DNA of 64,000 nucleotides from Ignavibacteriota bacterium (lineage in GTDB: Bacteria; Bacteroidota; Ignavibacteria; UBA10030; CAVZMI01): positions 288,001 to 352,000 of the forward strand of contig CAVZMI010000023.1 of assembly GCA_963776275.1 (NCBI GenBank), given 5' to 3'. Each line of letters starts with the position of its first letter. The stretch's first letter is position 1. A program made the position numbers and the translations under genes. Of this stretch, positions 32,171 to 43,786 are shown piece by piece. The notes beneath the pieces are model-generated. The model was given only the letters and a program-made list of their open reading frames with translations, was not told the DNA's origin and ran no database searches.

Positions 32171-32286
32171 AAAGATATAATTTGGTCAAGCTGCATTGTT
32201 TGACTTGAAATAATGCCCCTGTTTTTGTATACTAAAGTCCCGTCTTTCCTTCCGGAAAACGGGGCTTTTTATTACTATATTGATGT

Positions 32287-32574
32287 ATGACTGACGAGAA
32301 TATAAAACCGGTACTTGAAATCGACGACGATACTACCACTCATACCGATGAGCCGACACGCGCCATTCTTTTCAACGACGAGATCCATACCTTTGATGAA
32401 GTGATTGCGCAGATCAAAAAAGCAACGGGATGTGGTCAGGCAAAGGCTGAAACCCTGACGTGGGAGGTTCATTCCAAAGGAAAAGCGTGCGTGTGGGAAG
32501 GAACGATGGAGCGCTGCATCCAGGTCGTCATTGTCCTGGAGGAAATCCAGCTCCATACACAAATTGAAATGTGA
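32287..32574 (+). CDS. clpS: ATP-dependent Clp protease adaptor ClpS
   Basis: ILFNDEIHTFDEV, EVHSKGKA. Confidence 0.88.
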   Translation: MTDENIKPVLEIDDDTTTHTDEPTRAILFNDEIHTFDEVIAQIKKATGCGQAKAETLTWEVHSKGKACVWEGTMERCIQVVIVLEEIQLHTQIEM

Positions 32575-32590
32575 GTGAGAAAAAACCATT

Positions 32591-35465
32591 ATGACCTCTC
32601 GGGAAATTCGGGCAAGCTTTTTGAAATACTTTGAGTCGAAGCAGCACCGCATCGTGCCCAGCGCCCCCGTCATACCCCACGGCGATCCTACACTCCTCTT
32701 TACCAATGCCGGGATGAACCAGTTCAAGGAGGTATTTCTAGGAACCGGAAAACGCGACTATACCCGCGCCGCAGATACACAAAAATGCATCCGCGTCAGT
32801 GGAAAACATAACGATCTCGAAGAGGTCGGACGCGATACATACCACCACACGTTTTTCGAAATGCTCGGCAACTGGTCGTTCGGCGATTACTATAAAAAAG
32901 AAGCAATCCAATGGGCTTGGGAGCTTCTAACAGACGTATGGAAACTTCCAAAAAAGCGGCTCTGGGCAACCGTCTACCGGACCGACGACGAATCGTTCGA
33001 TCTCTGGAAATCGGCCACCGATATCGATCTGAGCCACATTCTCCGGTTCGGCGAGAAAGATAATTTTTGGGAAATGGGTGAAACCGGACCGATGCGGTCC
33101 TTGCTCCGAGATTCATATCGATCTCACACCGGGCGCCGATGCTCCGGCATCGCTCGTCAATGCCGGCTCTCCTCTTTTAATCGAAATCTGGAACCTGGTC
33201 TTTATCCAGAATAATCGTAATGATCGCGGTGAGCTGGAAGAACTACCTGCAAAACATGTCGATACCGGTATGGGATTCGAACGTGTCTGTGGCATCATGG
33301 AGGCTATCAAATATAATTTTCAGCGCCCGCCGTCGAACTACGACTCGGATGTCTTCACACCTCTTTTAACCATGATCTCGAAAATATCCGGACTCCCGTA
33401 TGGTAAAGAGAGAGAACACGACATAGCAATGCGCGTCATCTCCGATCATATCCGTGCCCTGACGTTTGCAATCGCCGACGGCGCGATACCGTCGAACGAA
33501 GGACGCGGATATGTACTGCGGAGAATTCTCCGCCGCGCGGCACGGTTCGGACGTACACTCGGATTGCGTGAACCTTTTCTCTATCAACTTGTCGGTACCT
33601 TGGTCGATACGATGTCGGATATCTTTCCAGAAATAAAAGAACATCAAAAACACATCGAACGCGTGATCAAGAGTGAAGAAGAAGGATTCAACCAGACACT
33701 TGACCGGGGACTGGCAATTTTCGAAAACGCTGTGCAGGCAATTAGAAATTCTAGGGTCTTCCCGGGTGAAATAGCGTTCAAGCTCTATGACACATATGGT
33801 TTTCCGCTCGACCTCACACAACTACTAGGCGGCGAACGCGGATTAAGTGTTGACACGGAGACATTCACTAAATTGATGGAAAGACAAAAAGAGCAAGCTC
33901 GGGAAGTGAATAAGAGAAAAATTGGTGAAGAACTTCTCGAAGATTATGGTATCAAACCAAGATCAAAAGATTCTACAAGAGCCGAAGAAATCGAAATGCT
34001 AACCGATTATGGATACGACTTAAAGGAATTAGATAATTATAGCACGCGGTTTCTCGGTTATGATTATGATCACTTAGAATCTGAGGCCACTCTGCAACGA
34101 GTTATACCTGGAAGAACTCGACTCATACTTATTCTTAACCAAAGTCCATTTTATGCTGAAGCAGGCGGGCAAGTTGGCGATCAAGGGAAAATCGAGCTAG
34201 GTGAGACAACTTTTAAAGTCATCGATACTCAGAAGAACATAAATGCGTATCTTCATATCGTTGAGAAATCAGATACCTGGGATCCAAAGCAACACCTCGT
34301 AATCGCTAAAGTCGATAAACCGCGCCGGCTCTCTATTATGCGCAATCATAGTGCTACGCATCTGTTGCATGCGGCACTGCGAAAAATCCTCGGCACGCAT
34401 GTCCACCAATCCGGCTCTCTGGTCGATCCCGATCATCTTCGGTTCGACTTCGCACATTTCAGTAAAGTCACTGAGGCCGAGCTTAATGCAATTGAAAACC
34501 TCGTGAACGAAAAAATCGTCGAGAGCATTCCGCTACAGCATTACCGCGATATCCCGTTTGAGCGGGCGAAGCAAATGGGCGCATTGATGTTTTTCGGCGA
34601 TAAATACGGCGACCGGGTCAATGTATGTCAATTCGGCGATTTCAGCATGGAATTTTGTGGCGGGACGCATGTGCTGAATACGAAAGAGATCGGCTTTTTC
34701 AAGTTCCGGTTTGAAGGAAGTATTGCAAGCGGCATACGCCGTGTGGAAGCGCTCACGCACGATCATGCCCTCGAATTCCTTGCTCTCCAGAACAAGTCGT
34801 ACTTCGAGCGAATAGAATACGGATATACAATTCTAACCGATATTGAATCGCTTGTACAGAACCTCGGCGCGGCGGGAATCAAAGTAACAACTGATCCGGG
34901 GGTAATCGAAAATCAATTGAAGCTGTATGAGAATATTCCCGGACTTCCCTCTTCGATAATTCCTGCCGATATGAAACGGGCATTTGAAGAACAAAGGATA
35001 AGGTTCCGGAAACTCGAAGATACAATTCTGGAGCTTGCCGATGTGAAGAAAAAGCTCGAAAAAGAGCTCAGCCGCCGAAAAATACAATCTTCGGCAGCCG
35101 ACATCGATACACTTATTCAAAAGGCAACTGTGACAAACGGGATCAAGATTATTGCGTCGAAAATCGATGCAAGCGACATGGAGTCCTTGAAATCCATCGG
35201 CGATACACTGCGCGCAAAGCTTGGCACCGGCATCGGCATATTGGCGGCTATAACAGAAGAAAAAGTGGCTCTTGTATGTGTTGTAACTGACGATCTTGTC
35301 GCACAAAAAAAATTAAGTGCCGGAAAAATCGTCGGTGAAGTGGCAAAACTTCTGGGCGGAGGCGGAGGCGGACGTCCTCACATGGCAACCGCCGGAGGAA
35401 AAGACATAGCAAAGCTCGATGATGCACTCCAGAAAGTGACATCAATTGTACAGTCGATGCTCTAA
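32591..35465 (+). CDS. alaS: Alanyl-tRNA synthetase, frameshift near 33090
   Basis: [59 protein letters not shown]. Confidence 0.97.
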
Positions 35466-35507
35466 TGAGCATCCGTCAGATATGACCAGTTGAAGGAGAA
35501 CTAAATT

Positions 35508-36113
35508 ATGGCTCATCTCCCATTGACAATCGCCTATCGGCAGAAATTTATTAAGGACTCGCTTGTCGAGAGCGCCGAGACGAAGAAGAAGATCGCCGAG
35601 CAATGCACGGGCGATATCAGCAAAGTCATCGATATGATCGTCGATGCGCTCAACAAGAAGAAAAAAGTTCTCCTGTGCGGCAACGGCGGGAGTGCAGCCG
35701 ATGCGCAGCATCTTGCCGCGGAGTTTGTCATACGATTGAACCACAACATCAAGCGTCCGGGCATTCCTGCGCTATCACTCTCAACAGATGTTTCGAATCT
35801 TACTGCCGGTTCGAATGATTTCGGTTATGATAATGTTTTCGCCCGGAATGTGGAAGCGCTGGGAAATACGGGCGATATCCTGATAGGTATCAGCACGAGC
35901 GGCAATTCGGAGAGTGTAAACCGCGCATTTCAGAAGGCCCGTGAGAAGGGCATGAAAACGATAGGCTTCCTTGGAAAAGACGGCGGTAAATCGAAAGGTC
36001 TCTGCGATCTGCCGATTATTATTCCCTCCAACGATATCCAGCGAATCCAGGAAGGCCATATTACCATCGGCCACATAATATTCTGGCAAGTTGAACAAGA
36101 GATGTATGGTTGA
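35508..36113 (+). CDS. gmhA: D-sedoheptulose 7-phosphate isomerase
   Basis: CGNGGSAADAQHLAAE, ISTSGNS, IQEGH. Confidence 0.93.
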   Translation: MAHLPLTIAYRQKFIKDSLVESAETKKKIAEQCTGDISKVIDMIVDALNKKKKVLLCGNGGSAADAQHLAAEFVIRLNHNIKRPGIPALSLSTDVSNLTAGSNDFGYDNVFARNVEALGNTGDILIGISTSGNSESVNRAFQKAREKGMKTIGFLGKDGGKSKGLCDLPIIIPSNDIQRIQEGHITIGHIIFWQVEQEMYG

Positions 36114-37539
36114 TATGGCACAGCCGCGACGAAACGATATCCTTGTCCCGCTCTTCACACTCGTCTGTGATGCCGTTGCGATTGAATCGGCGTTTCTTCT
36201 TTCTTACTGGATTCGATTTTTCTCACCGTTTACATCGATTGTCGAGGTCATGACCGAGATCCCGCCACTTCGTGCTTATATCGAAGGGACACTGTTCATC
36301 ATTCCTGCATGGCTTTTAATTTTTCAATCGCGCCGGATGTACGCTGTCCGGCGAAACACATATATCACCGATGAGTTCTTCGCCATTGTAAAAGTCGTCA
36401 CGATCGGCATGTTAATTGTCATGAGCGCGGCATTTTTTTATCGGGCATTTTCTTATTCGCGTGTCGTGTTCGGTTTAATGTGGCTGCTTTCGATCATCCT
36501 GTTATCCATGGGGCGATTTTCCACAATTGCGTTTGAACGTGCTCTTTATCGGCGCGGAAAAGAGCTTCGAAACGTAGCGCTTATCGGTTCTGGAGAAACG
36601 GCGCTTAGAGTTCTCCGCGCACTCGCAAAGGCTCCTTTTCTCGGGTACAATATTGCAGGTTATGCTGCCGATAAGAAAAGCCCGCTTCCCGGTTTCCCGG
36701 ATTTTCGCTTCCTGGGACAGATTGCCGGAATAAGCGATATTTTCAAGCGCGAAGAAATCGAGCTTGTGCTGATTGCGCTTCCCTATTCCGATCACCCAAA
36801 GATCGTGCAACTTGCCCGGGAATGCGAGGGATATAATATTGAGGTGATGTTCGTTCCTGATATGCTCGAAATAATTACAAGCCGGCTGCGCGATGAGAGA
36901 GATTGAAGGAATCCCTTTTATCACCATCAAAGCGAGTGGCAATGTCGAACTGGGGAGGAATTTTTAAGCAGATATTCGATCTCGTTTGTTTCATCTCCTG
37001 CTTCTCATTCTCCTTCTCCCGTTATTTATCCTTATTACGTTTATCATCAAGCTCGATTCGCCACGGTCCGGTTTTTTATCTTCAGGAGCGCGATGGGATT
37101 CGACGGTAAACATTTCCGGATGATAAAGTTCAGATCAATGAAAACAGGAGCGGAAACGGCCCAACAGGAGATTCGATTGGGAATAAAGAATGATCCACGG
37201 CGAACAGGGGTCGGTATCTTCTTGAGAAAAACAAGCCTTGATGAACTTCCACAACTTATCAATGTTCTTAAAGGGGAAATGAGCCTTGTAGGCCCCCGCC
37301 CGGAACGAACCGACTATGTCGAACAATTTAAAAAAGTCATTCCAAAATACCTCGACAGGCACCGTGTGAAAACCGGTATGACCGGTTGGGCGCAGGTCAA
37401 TGGCTTTCGGGGTGATACTTCATTAGAAGATCGAATCTCATATGATCTGTACTACATCGAACATTGGTCATTCACGTTTGATCTTAAAATTTTACTTCGT
37501 ACAATCCGTGAATTACTGTGGAGCCGTTCAGCAGAATAA
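36106..37539 (+). CDS. wcaJ: Undecaprenyl-phosphate glucose phosphotransferase (WcaJ-type), several frameshifts at 36890-37095
   Basis: N-terminal TM helices, Rossmann-like [44 protein letters not shown]. Confidence 0.85.
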
Positions 37540-37542
37540 CTA

Positions 37543-37657
37543 GTGTCGAGTACCAAAAATAACTTTAATGATCAAAAGCCTACTTTCAGCTTTAAACTGC
37601 TGGAAATGGCAATAGAATCAGTTATGACTTATTAAAGTTATTTTTGAATCGAGACAC
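37543..37657. mobile_element. MITE-like element with terminal inverted repeats
   Basis: Perfect 16-bp IR CAAAAATAACTTTAAT (37554-37569) / ATTAAAGTTATTTTTG (37631-37646), extended by GTGTC/GACAC ends. Confidence 0.65.
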
Positions 37658-37675
37658 CCGATGGAGTAATTATCA

Positions 37676-37996
37676 ATGATCGAAGTCGCTGTGTTTTACC
37701 TTCACGCAATCGCTGCCATTGCCGCTTTTACAAAACGCTGGCAGGATGAAGGATTTGGTGAAGGAATTCTCGGCGTGGCATTTATGGCACTGATTTTTTC
37801 AGTGGGATGGACAATTACAACGTTCCTGATACGTTTGCTTACTCCCGAAAAGGGATTCAGCCGTATATTCGATCGGGATGCACTTTCATTACTTCTGCTG
37901 ACAATCAGTGAGGGAATTTTTTATTATTTCTATTTGAAAGGATCAATAAAACTTCACTCCCCTCCTGTGGAAGGAACGGATATAAAAAAACCGTAG
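37676..37996 (+). CDS. Small membrane protein
   Basis: Three hydrophobic segments; GGAG RBS. Confidence 0.7.
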   Translation: MIEVAVFYLHAIAAIAAFTKRWQDEGFGEGILGVAFMALIFSVGWTITTFLIRLLTPEKGFSRIFDRDALSLLLLTISEGIFYYFYLKGSIKLHSPPVEGTDIKKP

Positions 37997-38177
37997 AATA
38001 TATCCACGGTTTTTCCTTCTGGAGGCAGTGGTTCTTTATAACGATCACCGCCGCCAAAAAGATGATTAAATACTTTCAATGCTCACTACAACCGATTTTC
38101 AACCCCTCCGCACAAAAAAACACTTCCGGAAGTCACTACTTCCGTTCCTTTTCACAATCACAGTACAAGTAATCCGA

Positions 38178-38801
38178 TCATTGAGCTCTAACGACGATGA
38201 CACGAGTCTCGGCATTTTCACCGAGGTGAGCAGCGACAGTTCTCGCCTCTTGCTCAGAAGCATATCGACCGACTCTCACACTCCACCGTGTGCCCGCTTT
38301 CGTTTCGGCTTTCACAACGTATGCATCAAGTCCGGCATCCCGAAGCTGTGCCACATGGACATCGGCTTTTTCCGGATCAGTCCATGAGGAAATCTGAACT
38401 GCAAATTCTCCACTTCCGGCCGGCTGCACAGGCGGCAATTCTTTCTTCGTTATCGGTTCTTTTACGGCTTGTCCTTTTTTCGATTCGCCTTTTTTCGATC
38501 CGATTTTCTTTGATTCGAGCGATGCGACCTCTGGTTTCGCCGTATCTTTTGCTGCCATTGCTGTTGTATCGACTGGAGGTGGAGGTGCAATCCTCTTCAC
38601 CGTTAGCTTTGGACCCCACAGTTTGATGATACCTGCGTTATTCAGGAAAAACAGTGCGCCTCCAAGCACAACTAAAATCAAGACGATATAGAGAACCATG
38701 ACCATCGATTTATTGTGAGGTCCTTCATCCCGTCTTCGTAGTCGTGGAGTCATCGGTTCTTCATGAACAATCTCATCATCTTTGAGATTCAGATTTGGCA
38801 T
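38178..38801 (-). CDS. SPOR-domain protein
   Basis: TM anchor, Pro/Lys linker, FAVQISSW...WSVRVGRY. Confidence 0.85.
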   Translation of the reverse strand: MPNLNLKDDEIVHEEPMTPRLRRRDEGPHNKSMVMVLYIVLILVVLGGALFFLNNAGIIKLWGPKLTVKRIAPPPPVDTTAMAAKDTAKPEVASLESKKIGSKKGESKKGQAVKEPITKKELPPVQPAGSGEFAVQISSWTDPEKADVHVAQLRDAGLDAYVVKAETKAGTRWSVRVGRYASEQEARTVAAHLGENAETRVIVVRAQ

Positions 38802-39163
38802 GACATTGGCCTCCTTTGTGATTACTTACTATACTGTTATCTGAGAAGATTGTCGATATTCATTAAAAGTGCAAGAACTTTTTTATTTTTTCTTCGATCC
38901 TAGAATGACAGTCCCTACCCCTCTTTTCTGTATTTCGTTCAATATAAGAAATTGCCATATCATTTGCAGTTTTTTCAGAGCGAGGACGGTTTTTCTGTGA
39001 TTATCACACCCCCAACCTTGCAGCAGACCCCGGAACCGGAAAAACAGCTAATTTCTTGAAAATAAAGCAGTAAACGGCACTTTCCTTGGGAATTCTGGCA
39101 ACAAATTATCCTGCATCAGATAAAGACTATACTATCCGGCAATTCAGAGAGACTATCATTGAT

Positions 39164-39955
39164 TCAACTGAAAACCATAAGTAAAAGGAACGCGGAGACA
39201 GCACCACAGATTGATGCACAGAAATTGACACCATCATTTGTGAGCAGACGGATCCCCTCATAATATTCTGTTGGTATATTATCGCAGTGTCGAGGTCGTT
39301 CCGTAATATGGTGACATACAGGACAATGGTAACGTACCTGTAGAGTTGCACCGAGGAGACTATCAAAAAGGTTGGCTACGAGTCCGGAACCGCAAATTAT
39401 ATAAAATGATTGAAAATGAAATCTGAACCACGGCGTCATGCTTAGAAAAATACAGACACATCCGGCAAAACCCGCGGCAATTCCTTTCGGTGTCAATCCA
39501 CCCGATGTCCCGTGCGGAACTTTCCGGCCGTTGTGTATGCTGCGCGGTTCACTGTGCGAGAGTAATCCGATTTCGGTAGACCATGTATCGGATGTCACCG
39601 ACGCTATAACTGCGCCGTAGACGAGATACCATCTATCTTGAGGGAAAAAGATCGAAACAAGAATCAGAATACCTGCTACTCCCCCATTTGCTATAACCTG
39701 GTGCAGACGGCGTTTGGGTTTGATGTCACTGATATATTCAAACTTTTGTTTTTTCTCCCGCCCATATCGTGTCATCAGTACGGATGAAAAAAAGAAAACG
39801 AGCAGCGGGACCGACTATTGAATTCCACAGAACCCGAAAACCAGAGCACCGAGAATGAATGCGCCGATCGCAGCGGGAAGTGTTAACCAACCATATCATC
39901 TGGCAAGAGAGACAACAAGGAATGCAAGAACAACACCTAAAAAGAATTCTATCAT
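39164..39955 (-). pseudogene. DUF92 (TMEM19-like) membrane protein with two in-frame stops
   Basis: QVIANGG, SDTWSTEIG, GTSGG, DSLLGATLQ, NDGVN; the frame continues upstream to ATG 39955 through TAG (39815-39817) and TGA (39896-39898). Confidence 0.75.
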
Positions 39956-39975
39956 CAAATAAAAAACTCCGTCAC

Positions 39976-40938
39976 TTAATGAATTCGCTGCCGCTTGCTG
40001 AGATATTCGGTCAATGCACTATCGAATGGAGTCGTCGTATCCAAAAGCACATAATCGATATTATGCTCCCTGCATTCGCTGCGATAGCGATCGAGGAATT
40101 GTCTCATCGCCGTCTGATACGAACGCTGAATATGCCAGGGGTGCGTCATGATTTGTGCGCCGGTTTCCATATCTTTAAACACAGCGTCATTCCCAAAGGC
40201 GAACGAACGTTCGAGCGGATCGAGTACGTGCATGACGATGACTTCGTTTTTTGTATGACGAAAATGTTTGAGTGCTACCATCACTGCATCGGGATCGTCA
40301 AATAAGTCGCTGATCACGATCACAAGACCCCGGCGCTTGATCCGGTCGGCAATCTCATGCAAAGACGGAGCCGTGTTGGTTTTATTCCCCGGCGCGATGG
40401 CAGTCAATTCTTTGAGCAGCTGCTGTAAATAAGAATGCGTCGATCGGGGCGGCAGATACGATCTGATTTTCTCGTCGAATACCGCCAGTCCGACAGCATC
40501 CCGCTGTTGAATCATAAGATACGACAGCGCAGCGGCAAGATATGATCCGTAGGCGAGTTTTGTTATTGTTTTTTCCGATGCATACCCCATCGAAGAGCTT
40601 GCATCAAGTATGATGGTGGCTTTGAGATTTGTTTCTTCTTCGAATTGTTTTATGAAATAACGATCCGTCTTTCCGTAGATTTTCCAATCAATATGCCGGA
40701 TTTCATCTCCCGGCATATACTGGCGGTGTTCGGCAAACTCGACACTAAAACCATGATAGGGGGATTTATGAAGTCCGGTAATGAATCCTTCTACAACCAG
40801 ACGCGCGACAATCTCCATATTCGAGAGTCGAGCAATGACACTGGGTGTAAGGTATTTTCGATATTCCTCGATCGTTTTTCTATCGCCCCTTCTTCGCAGT
40901 GCTTTTACTCTTGGGCTGCAGAAACACTTCGTTGGCAT
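39976..40938 (-). CDS. DUF58 (vWA-associated) protein; start uncertain
   Basis: GLHKSPYHGFSVEFAEHRQYMPGDEIRHIDWK, LDASSSM, VISDLFD. Confidence 0.9.
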   Translation of the reverse strand: MPTKCFCSPRVKALRRRGDRKTIEEYRKYLTPSVIARLSNMEIVARLVVEGFITGLHKSPYHGFSVEFAEHRQYMPGDEIRHIDWKIYGKTDRYFIKQFEEETNLKATIILDASSSMGYASEKTITKLAYGSYLAAALSYLMIQQRDAVGLAVFDEKIRSYLPPRSTHSYLQQLLKELTAIAPGNKTNTAPSLHEIADRIKRRGLVIVISDLFDDPDAVMVALKHFRHTKNEVIVMHVLDPLERSFAFGNDAVFKDMETGAQIMTHPWHIQRSYQTAMRQFLDRYRSECREHNIDYVLLDTTTPFDSALTEYLSKRQRIH

Positions 40939-41380
40939 CCTTCCCCAGATGCTCTAACTCAAACCTGGCTGATTCGACCATCTCATTCGTCGGATACCGA
41001 TGTATGAACTCTGTGTAATATGTACGGGCACTATCGATATTTTTCAATTCATTATTGTACAAGAATCCAGTGAGAAAGAACGCCATTGGGGCATCACGGT
41101 GATCCGGAAAACGGTTGACGAATTCCTTGTAATATTTCACAGCAGTCTCATAATCCTTTATTTCGTTACTGCAAATCCCGCCGGCTTTCCAGAGGACTTC
41201 GGGAATATGCGAGCTGTTTGGATATTTATCAATTAGAAGCTGGTAATACCGGAGGGTCTCCTTTGAATCCGATTTTCGCCTGCTTTCCTGCACTTTCGAC
41301 CATATTTCTTCCTCGGACATTCCTCCACATGATATGAACGCCGTTATAAGAATAACGACAGCGAGAATACGTGCCACCAT
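40880..41380 (-). CDS. TPR lipoprotein (BamD/YbgF-like)
   Basis: Lipobox FISC; repeated Y..(F/L)...(Y/F)P TPR units. Confidence 0.75.
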   Translation of the reverse strand: MVARILAVVILITAFISCGGMSEEEIWSKVQESRRKSDSKETLRYYQLLIDKYPNSSHIPEVLWKAGGICSNEIKDYETAVKYYKEFVNRFPDHRDAPMAFFLTGFLYNNELKNIDSARTYYTEFIHRYPTNEMVESARFELEHLGKDANEVFLQPKSKSTAKKGR

Positions 41381-41416
41381 AGTATTTCCTTTCTGCTTTA
41401 TGAACAATTTACTTCA

Positions 41417-42754
41417 TTAGCGTATACGACGAAGTGCTGCTGCGAAAAACCCGTCGGTTCCCTGAACCGAAGGCAGTAGTCGAACAACGTCACCACCGTT
41501 ACAATCCTTGATACCCCATCGGTCGAGTAACGGTTGGGGTTTTTGTATTACAATATCCGGATTTTCCTTGAGAAAATCCTCTATGACATCATCATTCTCA
41601 AGCCGGAAAAGTGAACATGTCGCATATACAACAGTTCCACCTACTTTAGCACAACGCGAATATCGTTCCAGCAGTTCTCTCTGTGTACGTGCATATTTTT
41701 TAACGTCATCGCCGGTGATGCGCCATTTGAGAAGCGGATTTCTCCGGATCGTTCCGCTGCCGCTGCAGGGAGCGTCGATAATCACAAGATCGGCCGTCGA
41801 TAAAAGATCGTCCGTGTTTCCCTTCTCACCGGTAACTAGTCGCGGGAAAATAATATTTGTACCCGCACGCTTTAAGCGCTGTGTAAGTTGCTTCAGACGC
41901 TCTTCACCGACATCGAGCGCGTGAATGATTCCCTGATTGTTCATAAGAGCCGCGAGGTGCAGCGATTTTCCTCCGCCGCCGGCACAGGCATCAATGACAA
42001 TGTCGGAGGGTTGCGGACCGGCCAGCAGCGAGATAATCTGACTCCCTTCATCCTGAATCTCGTAAAGGCCCTCTCTGTACGACATCAGCGCAGGAAAATT
42101 TACGCGTTTCGGTAACATAAGACCGAACGGCGATAACCTTGTCCGTTCTACCACAATTCCTTCATCGGCAAGCCGTTTCATGCACCCCGGTACATCTATT
42201 TTGAGAGTGTTCACCCGGATCGTCAGCGGTGACTGCTGATGAAGTGCACTGCAGAGCTTTTCGGTTTCGTCATGTCCGTACTGTGTGTTCCATGATTCCA
42301 CCATCCATCGTGGAAAGGAATATTCCACGCTGATACGCTCGACCGGATCATTGCCGATGAATTTCAGGTCTTTCTGCAGTTCGACATTCCGGCAAAATTC
42401 GAGCGGATCGATTCCGGGTTCGACAACATTCCATTGAGCTCCGATTTCCTCGACGACTTTTTCAGGCGGTTCATTCTTAATCCCGACGGCATATGCAGCA
42501 ACCATCCAGATTTTCGGATACACCGGCGGGATCGGCTTTTTTAACTGGCCGAGCATTTCCTGTATCAATCGTTCAATGCGATATGCGTGCCGGAAGAGGT
42601 CGTAGGTCGTCTCCGATATTATCCGACGGTCTCTCGAGCCAAGATACCGGCGTCCAAGAAAAAAACGTGCAACGACACGGTCTGCCGGCAACGGCGATTT
42701 CTGTATTTGATCAACAAGCTCGATAATATGTCCGATATGAGAGGAAGTTTTCAA
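41417..42754 (-). CDS. RsmB/NOP family RNA m5C methyltransferase
   Basis: IQDEGSQ, DACAGGGGKS, DAPCSGSG, YATCS, TDGFF. Confidence 0.92.
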   Translation of the reverse strand: MKTSSHIGHIIELVDQIQKSPLPADRVVARFFLGRRYLGSRDRRIISETTYDLFRHAYRIERLIQEMLGQLKKPIPPVYPKIWMVAAYAVGIKNEPPEKVVEEIGAQWNVVEPGIDPLEFCRNVELQKDLKFIGNDPVERISVEYSFPRWMVESWNTQYGHDETEKLCSALHQQSPLTIRVNTLKIDVPGCMKRLADEGIVVERTRLSPFGLMLPKRVNFPALMSYREGLYEIQDEGSQIISLLAGPQPSDIVIDACAGGGGKSLHLAALMNNQGIIHALDVGEERLKQLTQRLKRAGTNIIFPRLVTGEKGNTDDLLSTADLVIIDAPCSGSGTIRRNPLLKWRITGDDVKKYARTQRELLERYSRCAKVGGTVVYATCSLFRLENDDVIEDFLKENPDIVIQKPQPLLDRWGIKDCNGGDVVRLLPSVQGTDGFFAAALRRIR

Positions 42755-43653
42755 ATCGCCACGACAGGTTTTTTCATTTTTGCGGTCATATACGCATGTG
42801 CCATTCGCGGTGTATTGAACGCCAGTCCCACCTCTCCTTTTCTATTAAGAGCGATCACACCACCGGTACCATTTACTTTCTTTTTGAGAATTCCGATTCC
42901 GTGTTTGGCAGCTGCATCAGGATTTCCACCATTACATGCCATTGAATCGATCACAGCTTTCGCCATGACAATCGTAATTATACCTTCTCCCCACCCCGAT
43001 GCAGATACTCCGCCAATATCATTTTCAGCATAGACACCGGAGCCTATGAGCGGAGAATCGCCAACACGGCCGGGATGCTTATGGGGAGTTCCCCCCGTCG
43101 ATGTACCTGCAACAATTACACCTTTTTTATCCATTGCCACCGCACCCACGGTATCGCCATAATATTCCAGAGAATTCTTTTTCGGGGGAGTAGAATTCCC
43201 GGCATATAATACCTTCCATCGCTTCAGTTCGCGGGAGACAACCAATGTATCTGCCGGGCAGACCTTAAAACCATGTTCACGGGCAAACCGGGCAGCACCT
43301 ACTCCTGCAAGAAGAATGTACTCACTCTCCTCCATAATTTTTCTCGCAATCGAAATGGGGTGCAGAAAGTTTTGCAGGCATGCGACTGCACCTGCACGTA
43401 AGGTTTTCCCATTCATAATTCCTGCATCAAGCTCGATATGACCGAGGGCATTCATGACCGATCCGTATCCGGCATTGAAGGTAGGATCGTCTTCAAGTAC
43501 CATGATGGCACTTTCGACCGCATCGACCGCACTCCCTCCTATTTTCAGGACTTTCCACCCTTTTTTCAGGGCCTGTCGTACACCATGAAGATGAGCATCG
43601 ACCATTTCATCAGGAATGTCCCACGCCCCACCCTGTACTGCAATAGAAATCAT
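42751..43653 (-). CDS. Isoaspartyl peptidase / L-asparaginase (Ntn hydrolase)
   Basis: LEDDPTFNAGYG, DTVGAVA, TSTGG, GRVGDSP. Confidence 0.92.
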   Translation of the reverse strand: MISIAVQGGAWDIPDEMVDAHLHGVRQALKKGWKVLKIGGSAVDAVESAIMVLEDDPTFNAGYGSVMNALGHIELDAGIMNGKTLRAGAVACLQNFLHPISIARKIMEESEYILLAGVGAARFAREHGFKVCPADTLVVSRELKRWKVLYAGNSTPPKKNSLEYYGDTVGAVAMDKKGVIVAGTSTGGTPHKHPGRVGDSPLIGSGVYAENDIGGVSASGWGEGIITIVMAKAVIDSMACNGGNPDAAAKHGIGILKKKVNGTGGVIALNRKGEVGLAFNTPRMAHAYMTAKMKKPVVAI

Positions 43654-43786
43654 TGACGCGATACCTCAAAATTAAGCCTAGTATACAAAAACTCGCAGCA
43701 AGAATCAATCCGACGTTCAGCTTTTTACTGCTTGATTATCCTTTCCCTGTTTTGTAATTTATTTATCGTATTTCCACACCAGTCAC

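Noticed and set aside
33880-34300. Lower-GC stretch in alaS as an intein or intron
   Set aside because: The frame is open, there are no intein terminal motifs, and it coincides with the variable linker before the editing domain
28500-37539. Frameshifts in aconitase, icd, alaS and wcaJ (also GH57, dnaK and the cytochrome) as pseudogenes or programmed recoding
   Set aside because: They hit essential, otherwise well-conserved genes as isolated 1-nt indels, which is best explained by long-read consensus error
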